A program made the position numbers and the translations under genes. From Phallusia mammillata (Eukaryota), in NCBI GenBank assembly GCA_965637545.1, contig OZ281498.1, positions 20,212,001-20,276,000 of the forward strand: a stretch of 64,000 bases of DNA. The letters run 5' to 3'. Numbering within the stretch: the first letter of the stretch is position 1; every line of letters begins with the position of its first letter. This document shows positions 1 through 11,100 of this stretch, piece by piece. The notes under the pieces are model-generated. The model did no database searches. It was not told the DNA's origin and worked only from the letters and a program-made list of their open reading frames with translations.

Positions 1-2020
1 TTACCCGATATTGAGCGGTTTCCGCGACGTCCCGCCCATCCCGCCCATTCAGCGTTTTAGTGTCACCCGTTAAGTTTGGTGTTTGATTGAAAAACAAAAC
101 AACCAGAAATCTCATGCCTGCATTTTTTCCATAATCCGGACCACTACTTTGTAAAAATAAGCCAGGTCTGCACAATCACGCATTTTTTGCTAAAATTCTT
201 TGCACTTATGTTTTATCACGCTATGTTGTTAGATTTGCACAACATGTTTATATAATTTTCTTTGGATAAAATCTTCATCAACATATTTGTTTCAATTTCA
301 GAGACTTGCAAAAATGCAAAAATATTAACGTATTTTTTGGCACTTCCGTTTATACTTCGATATTGGACATTATTACTTTTATAATATGTGCGATAATGCT
401 GCTTTACATGCGAAACAATAAGTCGTTATGCATCATTTTGACAACATTATTTGATCAAACTGCGCTCAAAACTTCACGCAGTGAATTCAAACACCAGCAG
501 TGTCAAACAGGGGGTGTGACTTTGCTCCCCTGCTGTGCACAAAATGCGTTGCCCTTTGCTGACATGGTTACGAAATCATATCGGTTATGCATCATGGCTG
601 TGCAAATGTTGACTGAGTGTATATAAGCAAACAAAAACATCTTAATTCGTGGCTGCATGGAATTCTTAAAAAATCAGTTGTCAAACGCTTTTACGATAAA
701 CAAGTTGCTCTTTTCTTTTCACTAGAACAAAACACCTTGACAATTTTCGCATTTTGTCTTTTTTTCTTCGTAGCCTACATATCCAATCTTTTTTATATTT
801 CGGTATTTGAATCTTTTTATTTGAAACGAAAACTTTTTGCTGTTCTTTCCGTTGACAAAAGTGGAAAGCATAAACAAGTAAAAGAAAGCTTTGCGTAGGC
901 ATTCCACAATCTTGCCTTGAGGCCGGCGCTGATTGCGCCACATGCGGCGCTGATTGTTCCGAAGACGCGCGCTCGTTTTTAGGCACACATCAAGGGTGGT
1001 AGTTGCAGTAAGGTGCTGCATGTTTATATGCTGTGTAGAGTCGATTTTTCTCCTTGAAACAGTGCGTTTGTTGATGTTTGCGTGGTTCAGTTAGGTAAGG
1101 TATATAACAGGCATAAAATTGCAGTTATGGCGAAAAACATAACATATTTGGGCGAAGTTAGTAACCAAGTTCGAGCCCGAAACAGCCACAGCATAAAAGG
1201 TTTATCCTAAACCAAGATCAACATTTTATACATTAGTCATTCTTTTTTTTCGTTTGATACCTAATTAAATGTGCCTTAAAATACGAAAGAAGTCTGCGGT
1301 GTTAGCTTAATAGGTAAAACACCGAAAGGTGCTGATTCAAATGATTCACAAAATGTTTCGGACTGGACAACTTTTAAACGACTATTTTTGGGATGTATGA
1401 AATCTACGTGACCCATAACTCAGAGGTCAAAACAACATGACATGGGGTTATGTTTTCCGGCCGGCGGGGTTACATCGTGTCACGATATTTGCGAAGATTG
1501 TGGACAATTGAACGCACGGATCCAGCAGGGGGCCCGGCGTGCCGATATTCGTTCCATCAATGCTACGTCATTGTACGTTGCCAGGCGAGAAGTATGAGGT
1601 CATATTGATTCGGCTGTTATGTGGAACGGCGTTTAATTGGTTTTTGGAGGAACATTAGTTCATTAGAAAAAAGAGTTATTTTTTCCAAGTATAAAACTGG
1701 TGGGTTAAAATTATTAGAAGTTATTTTTAACTCCAGTTGTTTAAAGATTGGTATGAGTTAGTCGGCTGAAACTTGGCAAAAACAGTTCACAATTTTATAT
1801 CAGCAAATTTTGTCATTTTTGGCCTGTGTCAAAAAAAACTTTGGCCTGAAAAAAAAAAAAAAACGTTTTGCAAAGTATATAGAAGAGATAAACTTTTGTA
1901 TTTGTAGTGTGGCGAATATTTTTTGAAAGAATTTGCTTTGTTATGGGAAAACAATATCGTTTAAATGTCTAACATTGAGACGCAACTTTCATTTTTTATT
2001 TTACAGCTATTCAAAGCTTC

Positions 2021-2100
2021 ATGATATTGCTGATGGTTTTGGAAAAGATGAAACTAACAGCAAGCATATGTCTGTTGACTTTGTGGATGTTTCCAACACG
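2021..2100 (+). CDS. SSPO: SCO-spondin first coding exon (signal peptide)
   Basis: ATG at 2021 (or 2048) reads [26 protein letters not shown]; donor CG/gtaaac at 2101 is phase 2 and matches acceptor tttcag/T TCT GAT at 2220. Not in the ORF track. Confidence 0.8.
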
Positions 2101-5100
2101 GTAAACTATATATCTTATTAAATTGAAATTTAAAACAATCATTATTTACTATTGTCGACCTTTTGCAGTGTTCTTAAGTTTATTTTAATCGACGTTTTAC
2201 TCTATTTTGTCTCTTTCAGTTCTGATGACGTCACAGCGGGTCACTGGTGCGTCACTAAGCGCACTGTGACGAAAGAATCGGTGGTGACGCAGCGTCAGGA
2301 ACGGGCTGTGTTGTGTTTGGATCTCTACAAATTCGTACAGGGCGGTTGGAAGTATGACGAGCACAGGATGAAGGTAGGAACCAGTGAACCGTAACGATTC
2401 ACGCAGTGTCACGTGATAACGCAAAACTTGAAATGATATTTGTGCTTGAAAATATCAAAAATACGTTTAAGCTGCAGACAGTGCGCATTGTTGCTACCTA
2501 TGAGGTCTCGTCAGTGCAACTGCGTGGTGACGAAAGATATTATATTGGATAGTGTAGCCATCCAATTAAACGTTTGTTAGGTGTAAGAGAAAACTACAAA
2601 AAATACGTTTGAATAATAAGGTTTTCTTAACTGGGGTCTTACGCTCAACTTTATGCGTTGTCTATTGTAACATTAAGTGCAGTACAATTTAGTTAAGCAA
2701 TAAATAATATAATTACGTTTTTCGACAAAAATTTCGTTTAAAATTTGGAGAAAGATTAAAATGGTTTGGGAGAACTGAGTTCAACCCCATTTAGATTCTA
2801 ATCAAAGTATACATAATACACTTTTCAATTGCACTACTAGTCAAATACAAGATACAAATTCTTTCAGGAGCGACATGGAGATCAGGAGTCGGTGTCAAGC
2901 TATTTTTTTAAGGAAGGAGCAGGCGCAGTTTGCTACGTATACATCCCAGAACGAACACTGCATTATAACGTCACTGATGACGTCAGAAGTTGTTGTAAAG
3001 GGTGGACAGGAGAACAGTGCAGCACACGTAAGCCATTTTTGCTTGCTTTTTTATATGCGCTGAACAGCATAAAAATGTGAGACAAAAAATATTATTATGT
3101 TTATACTTAGGAACACTCTCTATAAACACCGGTTCCTTGGCAGTTATGTTTATGATTAAACATCTATATACCTTTCGTATTTTATGTAAACGCGTACAGT
3201 TTATGACACGAAAAAGTAGATGATTATCGAAAGTACAAACATAATCACATAATATGTCGCCATTTATTGCATCATCGTAACAGTGTAGCAGACCACATAA
3301 AATAAGTTAATCTCTTTCGTAATCACATAACTAATTAGCCATTGTTAACCTGTACTAATAGTACCTGTACTGTAACATGTAAGGCTTACATTGTAAGCTT
3401 AATAGATGAATGTGTCAACCCGTATTATATGCTGTAATACAGTTTTTTAGGATTTAGTGAACGAAGTTATTAAATCTACACTGTTTGTTTATATGTTTTT
3501 CAATTGACTTTGTTTATCAATCGCTTTTTATCTAAATCTTTTAGGTCACATACCACTGGGAACATGCTTTTACGAGCACGACTGCTTGACATCAACAAGC
3601 TCAACGTCATACCTAATGACGTCACAAAAACATCGCGCGTTTTCTATGGAAGCTTGTTGCAGCCTGTTGGCGGGAAAATCGTGGCGAAATGTTGAAAACG
3701 AGTTCGAAAAATGCGAAGTTTGCAACAACAGTTTGTCTGAAATTGAGACACAACCTGGAGAAAAAGGTTCTTTACATTTTTTCCAATATTATCTTACAGT
3801 TTTTTCCTTTTCTTTTGATCAAAGTTGTTGACATTTTACTGTTTCAGCTGAACAGCGACGAAGCTGCGTTTTGTGGGGCAAAGGTCACGTGCATGGATTT
3901 GGCGGAAAATCCCGAACTATGTCAAGCACGTGTGCTCAAAGATTGGCTGCTTCTCATGACGGAAGTTGGTAAGAACAAAACCACCAAGATTTTAGCATAA
4001 TTTTTACTAATAAATAATTTTGTGTGATTCATGTAAATATGGTTTTACAGGTGAATGCATTTAGCATAATTTTCACTAATAAACAATTTTGTGTGATTCA
4101 TGTAAATATGGTTTTTACAGGTGAATGCAAAAAGCATGCTTGGGAACCCACTATTTGCGTTAAATAAACTTTTCCGTATTTACAGGTGGATTGATGTACA
4201 GCGGCACAATTGCTCTTCGACCGAAGTTGTGTGCCCTAAGACCGCTCGAATTTCATTCGCTGATGACGTAATCATTACGCTGTCGGACGATTACGTCTAC
4301 CTAGATGACGTAAAGATTTCTTTAACCTCCACGCAAAACTATAAAGGTGCGTAGCACTTGGGATGATATGTTGGTGTAAACTGAATGTTAAGTTTAAATG
4401 GCTGACTGCATAAAGCGGGTTAAGTAAACCAATTTTACTCAAACTGCGTCGTTCTTATAATAGACCACACCACATTCATTCGCAGGTGTCCTGTTAAGTA
4501 AGAACAGCAATTTTTTAACTCTCGTATCTCCGAACGGAATAAAAGTCAAATACAGCAAAGAAGTTGTTGTCGTCACCACTGATGACGTCAGTAATGGACG
4601 AGGACTTTGTGGTCACCTGGATTTCGTCGAAGATTTGTTTGTCCCAGGTAATTTAACTTTATTCCTAACCAACTAAGTATTGAATAAAATTACTTGAGTA
4701 ATAAGTATTCGTATCTAACATTTTTAACAAAAACTTCTGTACAGACTTTAAAACTATACAATTTTTATAGATGTCATCAAATCAGGTGAGAATAATGCAA
4801 CGACCCCTCCCCGATTTTCATCACGTGATTGCCGAAGCGTGGACGTGACGTCATACGATGAAGAATGTCCCCAGGATTCGAGACATTATGAAATGTCGCA
4901 TGCGGCTTGTCGCTTTCTGATTGACGATGACGCGTTCCGCAAATGCCACCGTATTTTTGACGTCACCCCGTTCTATGACGTGGGTTCAAAGGATCTTTTT
5001 AACCATTGTTTAATAGCTTATATATATACATATATCTACCACTAAGAATAAATCCAATGTATCAAACTTTTAACATTGTATGTTGCAATACAGGCGTGTG

Positions 5101-8100
5101 TACAGTCTGTCTGCAAAAGCATGCTTGCGACCAATCCAAACCACGTGATGCAACGATGTCAGGTGGCAACTGCTTACGTTCTCAAGTGCGCCGCCAGTGG
5201 TGGTCACGTCGAAACTTGGATGGAAAGAATGAACTGCTCATGGTCATGCCCTGACGGTCTGGAATTTCGGGATTGCGTCACTACGTGCCCCATGACGTGT
5301 GACATGCCCGACGGCGACTCCTCCCCATATTGTCATGACGACTGCACACCCGGATGTCAGGTATATACGATTTGTCCACATTTTATAAAAAATCTTTCCA
5401 ACCGAATTTTTTTACATTAGTGTCCGAGTGGCAAGCTGGTGCACCGTCAGTTGCGTGATGATGACGTCATCGTGACGTGTGTGACGTCAGACTCGTGCCC
5501 GTGCAAGCATCGCGGCCGCTTTTACCAACGTGGTTCCGAAATTGCTGAGTCCTGCAACACTTGCCGTTGTGAGAAGGGCGGCACGTGGTCTTGCTCTATC
5601 AATCAGTGTCAAGCTGTGTGTCACGTGATTGCTGCCACGCATGTTCTAACTTTTGACGACGCCAGGATAACTTTGCACAACAATCGCTGCCCCTACAATA
5701 TTCTGTTACAAACGGAACACCCAACTTTGACCTCTATTCGGGTTGCCATGGATTTAGTGACGTCAAAATCAGACACTTACCTTTATGACGTCAACGCTGT
5801 GCACGTCACAATAGGCAACGATGAGGTGAAACTGAAGCGAAACATGGAAGCCACTATTAACAACGTGGAAATGAAATTGCCATTTAGGTATGAGTCACTT
5901 CTATTTAAACCTAGTTTTTTGTTCTGTTATAAATGCACTGGCCTCAAAAGTTCAATTGTAACAAATCTAAAACCATACACTGTTTTCTAAAAGGTTTGCA
6001 TTTTCGTAAAAGGCACCTACTTTATCTCATTCAAATAGAATCAATAAAGCCTAATTTGCTTTTCGTCTTCGTTGAATGTTTCTTTTACTTTTTGGTGCTC
6101 AGAAACAAGTTGTTGTCCGTGAGACACGCCACAACACAATCGTTCATTGTGAGATCTCTCGGCTTTCAACTGGTTTGGATTCCTGAAACTGACACAATAG
6201 ATGTGACCCTTGAGCCGATTTATTCCAATAAGGTAAAATGACTTTTGTTTGAAATGTACACCTTAGCACTATGCCTTCATTTTTCATAAAAAATCTCCAC
6301 AAAACATTAAATTTGTCACAAAAAATTATTTTCACTAAAATTGCTCATACAAATTATCAAAATCTATGTGTATAAGGTTTCAAAAATACAAGAGAAGTTT
6401 TGGATTAGACTTTTGTTCGGCAACTACGTATCTTTACCATTACCCAATTTTCCCCAGGTTGTTGGAATCTGCGGCAACTATAACTGGAAGCCGAGAGACG
6501 ACTTTACGACACCAGAGGGCGACGTTGAGACTGTTGCTGAGATCTTTGTGCAGCATTTCCAGCTGACAAGTTCGTACATTTGATTTACCTACCTATGACG
6601 TCATACCTATTTATGAAGTCACACCTATTTATGACGTCATATCTACTTATGACGTCATGCCTACAGTTGACGTCATTTAGCGTGTGTACAAACTAAAGGA
6701 CACACTTGATCTTTTGCAGGTAGCGGAGAAAAGTGTCCGCTAAGCATGGACACTGATGACGACATGATGACGTCAGATCCCTGCTTGACACACACGCAGA
6801 AACGTGAAGAAGCCATGCGCGTATGCGGGCTGTTTTCTAGCGACATTTTCAAGGTATTTACAAAGCAGTTTAGCAGGCCGCAGGCCATGGTTGGGTTTCA
6901 ACTTGTGCCATCGTCTGATGTTCGTAAGGATGCGGGTTCAAATCTTAACAAGTCCGCACTTATGGGTGTTTATTAGATTGGATTAGCACGTTTCTTGCAT
7001 TTTGTTCGTAAAATCATAGAAGTATGTATTTTAGCTACATGTGATAAGCAAGACAAATGACTTGTGATGCAAGTCTTAGTTTTACGATGCAATTATCAAC
7101 CGAAGTCCTTTGTCTGATTTTGTTTCCAGAAAAAAAAATGCATATTAAATGATGAAATGCTTATGATGCACACGCAGAAAATCTATTACGTGTGGAGTAT
7201 TCAATACCAAAGATAAAACAAATGAAATAAATTTAAAACGCGACTCATACATTTCTAATGTCTATAGGATTGTCGTTCAGTAGTAAATGAAAAGGAATAC
7301 AGACAAGCCTGCTATTATGACGTATGTTCTTCAATCGACGTCACACCTCGATCAGCGTGTCGCTCCATGTCCGCTTACGTCACTGCGTGTTTGCAACAGA
7401 GCGACGGCGATATGACGTCACCAGCTATGACGTGGCGTCGACACACTGATCTTGATGGAGCGTGTGGTAAGTTTTATGTGAGCATGTATACGCAAAATAC
7501 ATTTCTATGGTTGACCGAAAGTTGGCATAAACCATTATGGGCCTCATGTCAATTCTAACATTTATCTTAGTACGCCTGGCGTGGAATGATTTATACATAA
7601 GTATGCCTGGTCTGGACGCTTCGGGGCTGTATTCATCTTAACTGATACTAGTCACTCTGGTGATCCCCTACTACTGAAACGTGCAGCGTACGAGACAGGC
7701 AACGGTGCTTGTAATTCGACTTTCGACGGGTTCACCACTGTGCCTCTGTAGCTTAGTTGGTAGAGCGCTAGTCCCGAAACGACTCCTGTCGTGGGTTTAA
7801 ATTCCACCGCCGGCTAGATTTTTCTGGTCTGTGCCTTGCAATATGGGAATGCTTGGGCCTGGCGTACTATGAACGTTTACTTTACATTTGTATATCCGTT
7901 GTTACAGTTGCAAATGTTGTGTGTGGTTACCAGTTTAAATAGGATGTAGTATACAATAATCGATAGCAAATAAACAAGTTTAAAACTGTAAATTTTCTAC
8001 AAAAACTTTCACAGACGTGATGTGTCCTTCCTATCTGAACTTCAACGAGATCCAGCCCGTAGCTACGTCATCGTGCCATGACGTCAGCAGGCCCATGCCC

Positions 8101-11100
8101 AGTTACGGCGACGCGGGTGAGCGGACGATATTTTATCCGGGTTGCTCATGCCCACCAGGATACAGATTATCCGCTAAAGGCGCGAAAGAGTCCATTAACC
8201 CCGTCATGGAGTCAGTTTCCCGAGGTGAATTCAATTGGTCGAAAGCAAACTGTATCGCTTTGTGATTGGTTGAAATATAATGAAGTTTTTTTTTCAAATT
8301 AAATGCAGGCGGAAACACAATTAACCTGATTTTGTACTGTTTTATCCAACAAAGTTCTTTTAATAGGCCTTTCCAGTCGCGGATTTGATCTGTTTGGAGA
8401 AGATGCGACGTGCGTTTCAGTGGATGAGTGCCCGTGTTTTACACGTGATCAGGATTTTCAAGCTGGAAGCAAAATGAAGACTGGTTGCGTTGAATGGTGC
8501 GTATTATATGGTCTAAACTTTGGTGTTTCTATAAAGTAATCAAACAACAATCCTTCAATCCATTTGCACACGCTCTTTTGAATTTGAACAAACTTATTGG
8601 GGAAAATATATCAGATAAATAATTTGGGCTTTCGAAATAAGCGAATGATTTTTGGATACAGAATTTTATACGTATATCACAAGTTAACATTAAACGAAAG
8701 TCTGTCTGAGATATTCTTCTGGCAAGTCGTTGTACAATTAATTCGACCTATCTCTGAACAAATGCACATGGATAGGTTGTATTCATTGGTCAATGGCGGT
8801 TGCCACATACTTCGAAACAAAGCAGCCATCTTGTATTTTGCTTCACAAGTTGTTTGTTTAATTTCACCTACCATTATACCCCATATATGTTTACTCCGAT
8901 TTTTGTTTTACACCAAAGTGATGACGGCTGAATTGGGTCTACAAATAGTATGATAGGACCTCTGTTTCGATACTACGCGTTAACACGCCTGGCTAACCAA
9001 GATTTTGCTGAAGGTTTTTCATATTAAAGCAAACAAATTTTATATGTATGTATATGCAGGATTTTTTCTGAATTTTTTTTTCACGGGGTTCGAACCCAGG
9101 ACCCACCAATAGACAAAAACTATAAGGGTCGGGCGCCTATAAATTTTGAGACTTCAATCTTACAACCTAATTTATCACCCCTTCGTATTTTACAGCATTT
9201 GCATTGCCGGTAAATGGAATTGCTCATCAGAGATGTGTGGCGCCACTGTGCGGTGTCCTAACAATTTGCAATACAGCAGCAAAGTGACGATATGCGACCG
9301 TAGGACGTGTGAAAGTTTAGGGAGGACCGCTTTAATGCAAGATGCAGGGGACTGTGACGACGAACTGACTTTCGAAGGATGCAAATGTCCCGAAGGAATG
9401 GTCATTGAGGTTTGTGACTTCCTAAAATTTTGTTGCGCGTAAGTCTGCTAAAGACGTTGATTGCTAATTGATCCCTCTAAATGCCTAGAACCACTGTACA
9501 TAGCATTCTGATTTAAAAAAAAACTGGTCATGACGTCACATGGTTGAATAATACGACTCTAGTTAAATGATGCTTTGTTGGGTTGCTTGTTTTATTGTAA
9601 TCTCACCTGAATGCAATATGGCCACATAAGTCCGCTGTGTTGCCAGGTTGAGCTTATGTTGCCCAATTGGGCTACTTTTTGAAATTGAGTTGGGTGTTGC
9701 GCCTTTTTGGGCGGGTTTTTGAATGACATTTCTGCCTGTGTCATTGATAGTAGGGATCAATTTCAATTTTGTTTCAAAGCTTAAAAAGTCGTTTACGTGA
9801 AATTTGCTTGAGCAATTAGGACTTGTTTAAAACAACGCCTGCCTAAATACATTTTACTCAAAGAAAAACAAAATTCATCAGAAAAGAATATAACCCATAA
9901 CCTAGTATTAAAGGCCCGGCCATTCTCTTTTTTAAGGCTCGGCCTTCTTTGCGAATTAGAATTTGGAAGAATCTGAATTAAATCGCACCAACCCATAAAA
10001 CAAAATCTACAACTTGTTAACCAGCATGACCAAACCTTCTTACATCAAACAAACATGACTATTTGCTGTTGTTCTGTTGTCACATATAACTCGCATAGTT
10101 TGAAATTGTAAAATATGAGCGCTATCTCTTTTATGACTGGGACAGCCTTTTAATATTTGCTTTCATGTCGTACACGGTTTTAATCTGCTATCTTGTTCCG
10201 GGCGGCGGGAAACTATTTAATACACGGCAGCATTTGACATGGTCTCTGTTTGCAGAAATTTCGAAACTGCAACGTTTAATTTATTTTGTAGAACAAAATT
10301 TACAAGTCGGGCAATGAAAGCGAGACAAGACGCCAAAAGCAAACATAAAAAATATTTACACACCAAACAATTGAAAGTTGGTCCCTAGTGATTTGTTATA
10401 TGATAGCTTTGCAATGGTAAATGATGGTTCTCAACCGGCTTTAGGCATTCACATATACTAGCTTTTTCCCGTTATGCAAGTGTAAATGTGCTGACAAAAT
10501 GACCGATTAAATGTCAATGGTTGACTACATCAAGCTTGCTTGGCAACCCGCTTCAAGCATAGTTGCGTACGTTACAATATGGTACCAAGTGGTTGCCTGC
10601 GTTTGTGCACATGCAAGTTTTTCAGTCAAGTCATAATCAAAGCGCCACAGTTGGCTACATAAACGTTAGTAGATCCGGTTTAAGCGTGTTAAGCGTCCAT
10701 GTATAACAAGCACTACAGATGACCACACAAAAAGCACCAACGAAATATACCCTTAATAATGCAAAAATTTTACATGTAGCAAGCGCTTTGGTTGACTGCA
10801 CGAATCTCGTTTGGAAACCCGTTTAAGCAAGGTTACTAGTTTCGTTGAAAAGAGTTGCAGTGACGCACGCCGATACGTCCAGTTGCCAAATTACGTCATA
10901 GGTGACATATTAAACGCGCCACGGGAGCCATCCGTTGATGCCAAATATTGTTTGCTTGGAAATAGGCCTCGTTAAAACGTTGCGGAAACCAATGAATGAT
11001 TTTACAACATTGTACTCTAAGGAAGTTGGAAAACTACCAAGTGCAGTTTAAAACACCCAGATACACTTAACTTGTTAAGAGTAACGCAGTTTGACTTTGT

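Noticed and set aside
681-1021. First exon of a divergent upstream gene (two overlapping minus-strand ORFs)
   Set aside because: No recognisable domain, weak splice donors, and two overlapping open frames suggest compositional chance; cannot be excluded without RNA data.
2152-2394. ORF-track N-terminus [12 protein letters not shown]... as the SCO-spondin signal peptide
   Set aside because: Starts at TTG and runs through a polypyrimidine acceptor; an ATG-initiated signal exon at 2021-2100 splices in the right phase.
6587-6676. CRISPR-like array
   Set aside because: Units are contiguous with no unique spacers, there are no cas genes, and the context is a eukaryotic intron.
7742-7815. Functional tRNA gene (also 38739-38812)
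   Set aside because: Anticodon loop lacks U33 and has imperfect stems; acceptor stem is mismatched; copies sit in a larger shared repeat, so it is treated as tRNA-derived.
9793-9996. Tc1/mariner transposase fragment (WVIFFSDEF resembles WxxVIFSDE)
   Set aside because: Only one short motif matches, spacing to upstream motifs is wrong, no second catalytic Asp region is visible, and the neighbouring sequence looks like a TGTTGCCA-type MITE end.
10517-10636. FN3-like plus-strand peptide ([14 protein letters not shown]...)
   Set aside because: Only 39 codons, no usable splice sites and no second half of the domain.
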